Shown here in pieces: positions 21,940-34,700 of a stretch of 64,000 nt of DNA (positions are counted from its first letter, which is position 1; each line of letters begins with the position of its first letter). Made by a program: the position numbers and the translations under genes. This DNA is from Camelus ferus (taxonomy: Eukaryota): assembly GCF_009834535.1 (NCBI RefSeq), contig NC_045701.1:32426001-32490000 (forward strand), written 5' to 3'. The notes below the pieces were generated by a model. It saw only the letters and a program-made list of their open reading frames with translations, did not search any database and was not told where the DNA came from.

Positions 21940-22780
21940 GATGGCCCAGGCTCCAGGAGACACGCACAGGGCGTCGCACGCGGGAGCCGGCGGGAGGGGT
22001 GGGCGCGAGCGCGCGCGGGGTCTCACGCGGCTGGGAGGCGCGGCGCGCATGCTCAGTCCGGCACTTCTCCGGGCGGGGCGGGAGACCCGGCGCTCAGAGG
22101 CTGGGGGGGAGGAGCGCTCGCGCAGCCGCCCCTGACTGGAGCGGGCTCCGCGGCTGCTGCAGCGCTCAGCGCCCGGGCCCTGCCGGAGCCGGGTCTAGCA
22201 TGTGCCGCGGCTCCCCGGCGGCGGCGGCGGCGGCTCCTCTGCAGCAACAGCGGCAGCAACGGCCGCCATGGCCAAGTCCAGCGCGGAGCTCACCCGCGAG
22301 CTGCAAGGTACGAGGCTGCGGTGGTCTCCGGGACGCCCCGTCCGGGAGCCTCCCAGACCCAGTGCGTTCCTCCGCGCGGTACACCCTAGTCCCGGTGCCT
22401 CCCGCCCCTCATGCATCCCGGTTCCAAGGCAGCCCCCTGCCCCCTGCATCCCAGCTCAGGGCATCGCTGTCCCCAGAGCATCCTCCGTTGCCCCGCTAGC
22501 CTCACCCCGTCAGGATCTACCTGTCCCAGAGCCTCCTGTCCCGATCATCAGTAGCAGGTGCAGTCCCCTTATGCTCCCCGGGGCTGACTCTCAGCGATCC
22601 TGGCCCACCCATCGGCGAAGCACCCAGTGTCCCCTCCGGAGAGTCCCCGTTTCCCTGCCGGGCGGGGCCAGGCCCGCCCCGCCGGGTGATGGGAGCTGCC
22701 CCAGGTCCTGACGCCTCTGGGCTCAACACCCTCCCTCCTCCGGGCCCCGCCCCGGAACTGGCTCCGGAGTCCGGAGCCCT
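21940..22780. promoter_or_regulatory. CARMIL3: CpG island / promoter and exon 1 of CARMIL3
   Basis: Very CpG-rich, GC boxes (GGGCGGGGCGGG at about 22071-22082), short GGC repeat in the 5'UTR, GCCGCCATGG Kozak at 22268. Confidence 0.85.
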
Positions 22781-25700
22781 TCTAGCAGCCAGGCTGTGCC
22801 CAGGCCAGTGGGGCAAAGAAGGGAGTCAGGGAAGACGGCCTGGATTGGAGCTAAAAGCAAGAGCAGAGTCTCTGTAGCTTACCTAGCACAGTCCTGTCCT
22901 AGCCTGCCCTCTTCTCCCTACCCCACACCCACACCCACACCTCAAGGGCTCTCCTGTTTGCGTGGTTCTCAGACTCAGTCCAAACCAAGGCTCAACTCCC
23001 CAGTACTGCCACAACCCTGACCCCCAGAGGCGGGAGCACAGGCTAGCCCACGCAGAGACCAGGACGCTCAAGGATACTCAGAGGCATGCTGCACCGTCGC
23101 GATTTCCCACACCACACACACACACATAAGCACAATCATGAGATATGTGTACACATCTTTACAGGAATTGTGTGCACACACACAGGGATATCTGGATGGT
23201 TCTGCCAGCAGATGGGTTTGGGACTCCTTTAAACACTAACTCCTTACTACCCCCCCTACCCCCACCCACACCAGGACTGTCTGGCTCTGTGCCCCTTTCA
23301 CAACTGCAGGCACAGCATACTCATTCACACTTACCCATCCCCACCAATGCCACACACGGGCTCCCTGGCATCTTCTTTCCATACGTAGTAGAAGGCAGAC
23401 ACTCACACCCGGACCACATAGAACATAGTCAAAGGGACACCCCCGCACACTGACTCACTGTGTATGTGTTGATGGCTGCTGGAGTGCACAGGTTGGAAAA
23501 ATCCTTCACACTCTCCCACAGTGTCACTCAGCTACTGTCCCCTGATTTAGGGACATCAGGAGCTGGAGTTTTCTCCACACCCCTCTGCTGCTCTAATAGG
23601 AAGAGACAAGTCACCCAAGAAGGAAAAGTCTCAGTCCCTGTCCTTCTGTGTCTCTCTCTGATTCTCTCTCCTCCCCTCTGACCTGCCCCTGGAGACCCTT
23701 GGGTAGGTGGGGGGTGGCCAGGGTAAGGGGAACTCTGAGCAGCCCACTGCCCACCTGCAGACAGCATCCGGAGGTGCCTGAGCCAAGGGGCAGTGCTCCA
23801 ACAGCATCGCGTGAAACTGGAGACGAAGCCCAAGAAGTTCGAGGACCGAGTGCTGGTGAAGGGCACTGGGCTTGGGGAAGGGAGAGAGGATCGAGGACAC
23901 CTGAGCTGATGAGGGCAAGGAGCCTGGGGGGTGGGGGAGGCAGAGGTGGGGGACAGCTGAGGAAACATAGCCTGGGGGAGGGGAAGTCTGGACTGAGTGG
24001 ATGATCAGGAGCCCCGGGTAGGGCATGAGAGGGGGGACTTCCACAGCAGAAGGCCAGCTGGCAGGGGGTGCTCATAGGCTGAAGGGGCTAACGGAGGGCA
24101 GGGTGATGAGGGCCCAGGAAGCTGCCATTTGCTGCTGACACTCTTCCCCTCTCTCTGAAGGCCCTGACCTCCTGGCGCCTCCACCTCTTTCCCTTGAAGG
24201 TCCCAGCCAAGGTGAGTTGGGCTGATGAGTGGGAGAGCACCTGGCATGCTCCCCCCCAGCCTGGAAGCCAGGCCCTGACCATGAGCTGGGCATCCCCATG
24301 CCCCCTCCCCCCAGGTGGAGAGCTCCTTCAATGTCCTGGAGATCCGCGCCTTCAACACACTCAGTCAGAACCAGGTGAGCACCAGGGCTTGGGCCCCACT
24401 GCTGGGCCAGCAGCAGGAGGGAGTTGGCATCTGAGGCCCTGCTGCTCCCCCACCCCCAGATCCTAGTGGAGACGGAGCGCGGCATGGTGAGCATGCGGCT
24501 GCCGTCGGCTGAGAGCGTGGACCAGGTGACACGACACGTGAGCTCTGCCCTCTCCAAGGTCTGCCCAGGCCCTGGGTGAGTGGCAAAGGAGGAGTCTCTC
24601 AAAGGGTTAGGCAACAAGGAGACCTCCCTTCCTTCCCTCTCTCCTTCCCCTGGACCTGGTCCCCCAGGACACCAAGGAGAAGAGCTCTCATGTCCCCACT
24701 CCTGCCTTTCCTGGGGATCCAGAAGCTATAACAGGGGAAGAATTGAGAGCGTCATTCCACCCCTCTTGGGATGGATATGTTTACTTTCCAGGAGTCTAAT
24801 CCGACGTGGAAATGCAGACACCCCAGAAGGGCCTCGAGACACGTCCCCCAACTCTGAGACTTCCACATCCACCACTCACAGTGTCTGCGGTGAGTAGGGG
24901 CAGACTTGAGGAACGTGGGGCCTACACCACCCTGCCCCTTGCTCAGAGTCCTCTCTGTAGGAGGCTTTGCCTGCCCTGAGACTCCACAGTTCCCACACCT
25001 CAGAGGTTCATGATGTAGCAGGAACCCAGGACCCTGGCACATAAAATGACCTTGACCTGTCCTTGAACTCCAAGCCTGTTCCCCATCCCCTTCCCTCTCA
25101 AGGAGTCAGCCCATCTCCTGCCCCACAGGTGGCTTCTCCGAGACCTACGCTGCCCTGTGTGACTACAATGGGCTGCACTGTCGTGAGGAGGTGCAATGGG
25201 TGCGTTGGGCAGGGACCCAGCCTGAGGGCAGGTGGGACCCGGAGGGAGTGGGCAGAGGAGGCGGAGGGGAGCAGGTGTGAGCCAGTTCCATCTCTCCAAG
25301 GATGTGGACACCATCTATCATGCTGAGGATAACCGGGAGTTCAATCTTTTGGATTTCAGCCACTTGGAGAGCCGGTAAGCGGATGGGGTAGAGACTCGAC
25401 CCCCCAGCCCAGTATCATTCCAACCCTGGCCCTTCTTCGCCTCTCCCTTCTGGTCCCATCCATAGCCCCAGCTCTGTCTCTCACTCCCCACCCCCCACTG
25501 CCTTCTACCTATTTAGGCTCTCCCCAGCCCAACCACCCCATCCCTTGTTTCTTCTTTCCTGCCCCAGCCACCTGCTCACTGCTTTCCTGCCCTCTTCTTC
25601 TCCCCCCAGAGACTTGGCCCTAATGGTGGCAGCCCTGGCCTATAACCAATGGTTCACCAAACTCTACTGCAAGGACCTGCGGCTGGTAGGGTCTAGAGGG

Positions 25701-28700
25701 GTGGGGGGAGGGGAGAATTGTGCCTTCTCTGGCTCTGAACACATGACCCCCTCTGTTCTCAGGGCTCTGAAGTGCTAGAACAGGTGCTACACACCCTGAG
25801 CAAGTCAGGGAGCCTCGAGGAGCTGGTGCTGGACAACGCTGGGCTTAAGACGTGAGGCCAGCCTCCTCCTTGGGCAGTGGTACCCCCTCGATGTAGTCTT
25901 AGGGTCCCCAGAACCTTAGAGCATGATGTGGGCCTCTGAACTATTTCACCCAGCTCCTCACTTTACAGAAGAGGAGACTGAGGACCAAAGAGGGCACAAA
26001 GCAAGTCACACCTAAGCCTCTTGACCCCCAGCTCCATGGCCTTCCCCAGTCTGCCCCACCCCCTCCTGCCATCAGCCACTGAGCAGAATGCGCTGCTCCA
26101 GCCTCAAGGACCTGAAGCTGGGCTTTGTCTCAGCACAACTTCCCAGGTACTCCAGAGTGATGAGAAGCTCCCTGGCAGGCCCCGAGCTGCTTCCCACCTG
26201 TGGGGGCCTCTGGCCACTGCAGCCCCAGCCAGGCAGGCAGGTGGAGGAGGAGGGGCAGCCCAGGGGCTGGGANNNNNNNNNNNNNNNNNNNNNNNNNNNN
26301 NNNNNNNNNNNNNNNNNNNNNNNNNNNNNNNNNNNNNNNNNNNNNNNNNNNNNNNNNNNNNNNNNNNNNNNNNNNNNNNNNNNNNNNNNNNNNNNNNNNN
26401 NNNNNNNNNNNNNNNNNNNNNNNNNNNNTCAATGCAGACCCCTGTCCCAGCCCAGAGTCCAACCTGGGTCTGAATAGGAGCTCTCTGACCTATGACAGCC
26501 CCTACCCCAACACCGCCATCCTTGACCCCAGGCCTGTACTCCACTCAAGCCCCCAGTCTGACTCTGCACCACCTGTCCCCACCCCCCACCTCTCAGTGGG
26601 CCCATTTCTGTCTCCACTTCCCAGGTTTCTTCAGTCTGAGCCAGCAGCTCCTCTGCTTCCCCACTGGCCTCACCAAACTGTGCCTGGCCAAGACTGCCAT
26701 TTCCCCTCGAGGTACTTTCCCCAGGACCCCCCGACTTCTGACTCTGCCCCTCCCCCAGTGCTGCCTGGGTGTGGAGCCCCAGAGATACAGTCACACACTC
26801 ACACAGCATCCCAGGGACCAAGGAAGGGAAAGAAAACACGTGTCGGGAGCAGGGAAGAGCTGTGTACAAGGGAAAGAAGTGGGGATGGGGGCCAACCCAG
26901 CCCAGTGCCCGCTGTGCTCAGGGCTCCAGGCGCTGGGCCAGACCTTCGGGGCCAACCCGGCCTTTGCCAGCTCCCTTCGATACCTGGACCTGAGCAAGAA
27001 CCCTGGGCTGCTTGCCACCGATGAAGCCAATGTGAGTCCATAGTCCATGAACGTAGCCTCAAGCCCCTGCCTGCAGAAGCAAGCTCAGGCTTCAGGGCCT
27101 GAAGTCTCTGCCCTTAGCCCCAGTGAGGGGAGGGGGTCTGCCACCCTTCCCCCTGCAGCACCTCTGTCCTTCCTTCCCAGGCCCTCTACAGCTTCCTGGC
27201 CCAGCCCAATGCCCTGGTGCACCTGGACCTGGCGGGGACTGACTGCGCCATCGACTCGGTGAGGGGTTGGCAATGGGGGAGCTGGCCTGCGGTGATTTGG
27301 GGAAGCCAGAGTGGGCCTCTGCCTCACCCGCTCCTTGAGTACAGAAGTGGGCAGCGCTGGTGAATAGCTTGAGGTCCAGCCGAATTACAAAGCAACGCCA
27401 GAGCTCACACCTTCATGGCACTTTATCCCGGTGCTGCCCAAGGTTGTGCCTAAAAGCCAGCTCCAACCCATTCCCAGGCCGTGAACCCAGGTGCAGGGCT
27501 GAGTCCACAGGGAGGAAAGGACTCCTTCCTTAACTTGAACAAGGCACCTTATGAGTCTGTGATGGTCCTGGCCGTACCCATCCACTGCCTGTGAACCTCT
27601 CCAAACTACTGGGGGCCAGGCCGGTGGGAGCAGACAACCTACTTTGCATAGAGGGAACACTGAGGCTTGAAGAGGCTAAGATAGTGGGGCTGGCACAGAC
27701 TGACTGCAGAGGGTGAAGTGCCAGGTCCTTGATGAGGAGGGAGGAGGGAGTCCGTTCCAGCCCCGTGAGACACACTGGGTCTCTCCCCATAGCTTCTGGG
27801 TGCCCTGCTCCACGGCTGCTGCTCCCACCTCACCTACCTCAACCTGGCGCGCAACAGCTGCTCCCACAGGTGGGAGCACAGGGGTGCAGGGAGGGGTGGG
27901 ACACAGGCTGTGGGCGCCCCTTCCCTTGCTGACCCCAGGCATCTCTGCAGGAAGGGCCGGGAGGCCCCACCGGCCTTCAAGCAGTTCTTTAGCAGCGCCT
28001 ACACCCTGAGCCACATCAACCTGTCAGCCACGAGGCTGCCCTTGGAGGCCCTCAGGTCGGGTGGGTGCAGGGTTGGGGGGCGTCCGAGGGGGATCCTTGG
28101 GAGAAGGGGGGCGAGGGGTAAAGGTGGGCCTGCTGACCTTCCTCCCACAGGGCGCTGCTCCAGGGCCTCTCCCTCAACAGTCACCTCAGCGATCTGCACC
28201 TGGACCTCAGCAGCTGTGAGGTGAGCCCTCTGACCCCCACCCATCACCCCACCCTCCATTTCTCTGACCTAAGTCCAGCTCTGGCTCCATCTTGGCTCTG
28301 CACTGCCCCTCTGCAACCCCTGCCCCAAGCTGACCACATCCCCACTTTCCCTTCTCAGTCTCTGGTCTGCAGCCCTCTTTCCAGAGGTCATTTTCAGGCT
28401 CTGGATATCTCCTCCTTTAATGCTCTGGGGTGGGAGATACCAGGCTTTCCCACTAGAGGGCAGGAGCAAGCTGTCTCCGGAGCAGCAGCCTGGAAATTTT
28501 TCTGGCTGAAGGGAGGGGAGAGAGCCCTTGGGAAGGATCTGGTGTAAAGAAGGGTCCTTCTGATTTTAAACCTGAGACCCAGTATGACCTTGAATCCCGG
28601 CCTGACTACTCTTATCTCTAAGCATTAAAGGTGCCCTATCCTCTACCCTGACCCCTGCCTCCCCCGCCCTACCCCCACCACATCCCTGCAGCTCCGCTCA

Positions 28701-31700
28701 GCTGGAGCCCAGGCTTTGCAGGAGCAGCTGGGGGCTGTCACCTGTGTGGGCAGCCTGGATCTGTCTGACAATGGTGAGTGGGGGCACTTCCCTTCCTGGG
28801 ACTAGATGGGGACAGGGGCCTGGAACGTGGGAGAGAAGCTCTAAGGAGACTCCAGTGGGCCTCAGGCCTCATGGCCACGCCTCTCCTATCTACTGACCAG
28901 GGTTTGACTCGGACCTCCTGACACTGGTGCCCGCCCTTGGCAAGAACAAGTCCCTCAAGCACCTGTTCCTGGGCAAGAACTTCAACGTCAAGGCCAAGTG
29001 AGACCCCCTCCCTAGATCCACAGACCCTCACTCCATCATCCACCTGTCCTTCTGGCTGACTGTATTACCTCCGGCTGCCTGCTGCTCTAATAGCAAGACC
29101 CCAGCCCCCTCCCCTCCTGCTCTGAGCCCCACCTCCCCACAGGACCCTGGAGGAGATCCTCCACAAGCTGGTGCAGCTGATCCAGGAAGAGGACTGTGTG
29201 AGTGCCTGGGTCCGGGAGGGCGCCTGAGGGGTCAGGGCTGCAGGGACTGCGCCCAACCCCCCGCTTGCGCACGCAGTCCTTGCAGTCCCTGNNNNNNNNN
29301 NNNNNNNNNNNNNNNNNNNNNNNNNNNNNNNNNNNNNNNNNNNNNNNNNNNNNNNNNNNNNNNNNNNNNNNNNNNNNNNNNNNNNNNNNNNNNNNNNNNN
29401 NNNNNNNNNNNNNNNNNNNNNNNNNNNNNNNNNNNNNNNNNNNNNNNNNNNNNNNNNNNNNNNNNNNNNNNCTGGCCTGGAGTCCCAGCCCCGCCCCACC
29501 CCCCTACACACACACACATAGGCGCCCTCCCTGCTGTCTCGCTGCTCTGTTCCCCAGTTTTCAGGAGACCCTCAGTCCGAGAGCCATGTTGCAGTCAGCC
29601 TCATTACCCAGGAAAGGAGGGAGGGCCCTCCGGGGGTGTGTCCCTGTCCCCTAAGAGAGATCCAGACGGAGGGGTAACAAGTTGGTGCTGACCCTCTCCC
29701 CAGAACTATCCTATGGGATCGGAACAATACGTCCGCCCTGGGCTTTCTGGATATTGCAAGGGCCTTGGAGAGGTGAGTAGACCAGGGCCCTGCCCTGACC
29801 CAAGCCTTCAGCCTCTCTGTATCTGGACCAGGCCTGAGCTACACTAGCCCCACCCCAGCCCGCTTGACCTCATTGTATAGAAATGTTAGGAAGAACCACA
29901 GGAGAGGGAAATGGTCAGCCAGAGGAGGGGTTTGGGGAGCGGGGGCCTCTCCTGCCCACCTCTTCCCACGCAGCTGTGCTGCTCTGTCCCACAGCAACCA
30001 CACGCTGCGTTTCATGTCCTTCCCTGTGAGCGACATCTCCCAAGCCTACCGCAGTGCCCCGGAGCGCACCGAGGACGTCTGGCAGAAGGTGGTGGTCTGA
30101 GCAGGGTGGAACGCGAGGGGCAGGGACCAGCCCACATCCCCTGGCCCTGACCCCACCCCCACCCGCTTTCCTCTCCAGATCCAGTGGTGCTTGGTGAGGA
30201 ACAACCACTCCCAGACGTGCCCCCAGGAACAGGCCTTCAGGCTGCAGCAGGGCCTGGTGACCAGCAGCGCCGAGCAAGTAAATGTTTCCCTCTGGGACAC
30301 GGGGCACGTGTGGCGCATGCAGGGCCCGGGTGTGATATGATGGAGCACAGGGCGGGGCGGGGAGAGGGCAGGGAAGAGGCATCATGTGGCGTCCACAACA
30401 AGGTTGAGCACGTGGGAGAGCAAAAAGACAGGACATGCAGAATGTGAACCCCAAATATGAGAGAACATGTAGGCAGACATCAGAGGGTCCCAGACAAGGG
30501 ATGCACAAGCCTGTGGGAGCTCCACTGAGCATTCAAGAAGGGCACCCCAAGAGGAAGAGGAAACAGGCCCTCCAGAGACATCACTATTACCCCTGTCAGC
30601 GCTGGCACCAGCAGCACTGCACAAAGGGGCCCAGAAACAGGGCACCTGGGGGCCTACCTGGGAAAGTGAAGATTCAGCGGTCCCCTGACCTTCCTGCCAC
30701 CTGTGCTACAGATGCTGCAGCGGCTGTGTGGACGGGTGCAGGAGGAGGTTCGGGCCCTGAGGCTGTGCCCCCTGGAGCCTGTGCAGGATGAGCTGCTCTA
30801 TGCTCGGGACCTCATCAAGGATGCCAAGAATTCCCGGGCGGTGAGCCCTCCACAGCCCCACCCTCCCCTCACAGCCTGGAGAGCCCAAGAAGGCCAGCAT
30901 ATGAACCCAGGAGTGGCCCGGCCCTGTGCCATGCATCTGCCCCCCGCCACTGCCCAGGGCCCCCAGGGACCTAGCGAGGCCTGATTCTGGCCTTCTGACC
31001 AGAACCCCTTCCTTCCAGCTGTTTCCCAGCCTCTATGAGCTGGGCCACATGCTGGCCAACGATGGGCCTGTGCGGCAGAGGCTGGAGTCAGTAGCCAGTG
31101 AGGTGTCCAAGGCTGTGGACAAGGAGCTACAGGCAAGTCCTGGGGAGGGAGCCCAGGGCTGACCAAGGCCCTAAGCTGAGGGCCAAGGTCAGCTTGGGGA
31201 GATTCCTGTGGGCAAAAAGGAAATGCAGACTTGAGACCACCTACACCCACATTGTGCCGAACGCATTGCTAGAAAACTGGGTTTGGATTTTTGCTGCTAG
31301 CTTCAATCTTAGCCCTCAAACTCTGACCTCTCCCTCTAGACTCTGATCTTTGGACTGACTCGCCCCTGCCCACATGGCCATGTAGTAGGATGGAAGGGAC
31401 ACTGACCAGAATGGGGGAAGCCTGAGTGTCCAGACTCTGCTGCTAACCAGCCCCATGACCTTGGCGAGCCCCTCAGTCTCAGGGGAGCTGGAATAGACAG
31501 GCTGGAGTCTGTTCCACTGTGCTGCCAGCCCTGACCCTGCCTTCCTTGGGGCTCTGGCCTCACTTCCCCCCATACTAGGTTATCCTGGAGTCCATGGTCA
31601 GCCTAACGCAGGAGTTATGCCCCGTGGCCATGCGGGTGGCCGAGGGGCACAACAAGATGCTGAGCAACGTGGCGGAGCGTGTCACTGTGCCCCGGAACTT

Positions 31701-34700
31701 CATCCGAGGGGCGCTGCTGGAGCAGGCGGGGCAGGACATTCAGAACAAGCTGGAGTGAGAGGCAGGGGTGGGGCTGGGGTGGGCTGGACTTGGCTGGGAG
31801 CACCTAGGGACTTGGGGCCCAGCTATCAGAAATGAATAATTAATGACACAATGTCCATTACAAGGGATGAATCTTTAACCAACTGCAGCCTTGCTATTTA
31901 GGGTCTGACTGGTCTTTGCCCTAGAAGTCTAAATGCTGAGCTAGGGTTTAGGAACCTGGGCAGTGTACACAGATGTATACACACACGCAGAGACACCCAT
32001 GTAGCTGCACACATACCCCAGGAATTGACCCCTAGAAACAGCACAGCTTCCTCAGAGGCACGGACGAAGAAAAATGACGTGAATAGGGGTGCATGGACTG
32101 CACTGTCTCTCCCCACCAAGTTTCCATGGCCCCTAGAGCTCTTTCATTCCAGTCTGGGTGCCACCACTCACCAAAGCAAAGGAAAATTATTACAGAAACC
32201 CATGAAGCAGCCAGGCTCCCAAAGTACTGGTTTCTGCTCTTACAACAGAGACCAGCAGAGCTCACTCAGCACTCCAGCTTACCTCGCCCTGTTCCACTGG
32301 AGCTCCAGGGGCCCGACCCAGAGCCCCCTGCTCCTCCTCCTCCTCAGTTCCTCATTGTCCACTCTCCCCATCCACACCCACCTAGGCTGGAGAGGCAGCG
32401 GGTAGAACTGGGGAGTAGACCCAAGGGGCTTCCTGCAGCAGCGGTGTTGTCTGAGGGCAGCCAGGGCCGCTGGCCCACTCCCTCGGGCATCTGGGGGAGG
32501 GTGGGGCCAAGGCTCAGGGGTGGGAGCAGGGAGCTGAGCAGCCCTGCCTATGCCCACAGTGAAGTGAAGCTCTCAGTTGTCACCTACTTGACCAACTCCA
32601 TAGTGGACGAGATCCTGCAGGAGCTGTACCACTCCCACAAGAGCCTGGTAAGGCCCCTGAGCCCCAACCAGGCCCCTGGCATGCCCTCCACCTCACATCA
32701 CCCCATCTCCCTCCACCACCCCTCCCCATCAAGGTCCTGGGAGGAAGGCAGCTTCTTTGGGATCCTGTTCATACCTGTCCTTCCCCAGGCCCGACACCTG
32801 GCCCAGCTAAGGACGCTATCAGATCCACCAGGGGGGCCAGGCCAAGGACAAGATCTGTCTTCCCGGGGCCGAGGCCAGAACCATGACCATGAGGAGACCA
32901 CAGATGATGAACTTGGGACCAACATCGTGAGCACCCTCCTGCCCACTCCGATCCTTAACCTAGGTCCTGTCCCTGAACCTGCAAAACCCCATCCCATTCC
33001 AATTCCCCGGACTCCCACTCTCTGCTCCTAACTGGGTCTCATCCCCTCACCCTGATCCCACCCAGCCTCTTCCCTCCTCCCAGTGCCTTGACCACCTGAG
33101 GACAGGGAGGCAAGATGGACTCTAAAGAGAAGGCTTTATGAGGAATGGGAGGCTCCAGGTGAGGCTCCTGGGACTTGCCACCTGGCCCCACCATTCATCT
33201 CCATCCCTGTAGGACACCATGGCCATCAAAAAACAGAAACGCTGCCGCAAGATCCGGCCGGTGTCTGCCTTCATCAGTGAGTCTTCCAGTCTCTATGCTA
33301 ATGCCCCCATTTCCCTTTCTCTTTTCTCCCTCTTGGCAGCCTGCTTTCTCCTTGCCCCTCCTGCTAATCCCTCTAACACTGCTGTCCCCACAGGTGGGAG
33401 CCCTCAGGACATGGAAAGCCAGCTGGGGAGCCTGGGGATCCCCCCTGGCTGGTTCTCAGGACTTGGAAGCAGTCAGCCCACAGCTAGTGGCTCCTGGGAA
33501 GGTCTATCCGAGCTGCCCACTCATGGCTATAAACTAAGGCATCAAACACAAGGGAGGCCCCGGCCCCCCAGGACCACCCCTCCAGGACCTGGTCGGCCCA
33601 GCGTGAGTCCCTAAGGCCTCACAAGAGGACTGACTTCACTTAGCAATGCCAGAGCCAGGGTTTCTAGCTTTGGGATACCAATACCAAAGGTACTAACCTT
33701 AGGGGATCGGGCAGGAGCCCAGACAGGCCATGGAACTGGAGAAGGATTATCCAGATTGGATGGAGCTAGACCTTGTCACAGACTGGAAATCTCTGCCTGG
33801 TAGACAGTTGGCAGTTCTCATTTTGGTGAGAAAGTCAAGAGCTGCCAAGCTTAGGAAATGCCCAGGTGGCTTGAAGTCTAAGTTTCCATGGGTCAAGAAG
33901 AGGCAAGTCCAAGTTCAAAGGGGAAGGCCCTGAGTGCATGGGGGGTGGGGGGTGGAGGGGATTGTTCCTCCCCTAGATGATATATCCCACAGGACTTTCC
34001 TTCCAGCAGGTGCCAGTACCTGGGACTCGTCAGGAGAATGGGATGGCCACCCGTCTGGATGAGGGGCTAGAGGACTTCTTCAGCCGAAGGGTCATGGACG
34101 AGAGCTCCAGGTGTGACGCCCAGGGACATCCCCAAATTCAGCAGGCCCTAAGGCCCTGGAAGGGCTCCTGTGTCCACCCAGCTCCCCTGGAGGCCCCTCC
34201 AATGGCAGTGCCCCAAAGCCTCTGGGACCTTCCCCCACATTCTCATCCTTCCCCACCCAGCCTGTAGCTCCCATGTTCTCTGAATCTCTTCAGGACAGCT
34301 AGAAGGAATGGAGCCAGAGTGAACCACCCCAGTGGAATGGGGTGGGGGAACAACAGGCCCTGGGATGGGATGATAGTTAGACCTGGAGGGTATGTTCTGT
34401 CACTGTCCTGCACAGACTCCCCAGAAGGAACTGGATCACTTGGAGAGGCTGAAAGGAGATGGGCGAGGGCTGCTTGGGAGGAAAGAGGCTGCTGGAGGGT
34501 TATGACAGGGAAGGTGAGGACACCATTCCCTGAGAGTAAGTAGAAAGGGTTACACAGTGGCAGGAAAGACTAGATAAGAGAGGAGGGAGAGGAGGTTCCT
34601 GAATCAGGACTGGCCTATCACCAGCACCACCCTGGGCCCTGAACACCCTCAGCATCTGACATTGGCATCTCCCCACGTCCCCACGGCTTTGTCACTAACT

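Noticed and set aside
21164-21979. 271-aa minus-strand ORF between DHRS4 and CARMIL3
   Set aside because: Low-complexity GC-rich translation with a non-ATG start and no recognisable domain.
32093-33031. 312-aa plus-strand ORF
   Set aside because: It is CARMIL3 exons 28-29 read through flanking GC-rich introns, not a separate gene.
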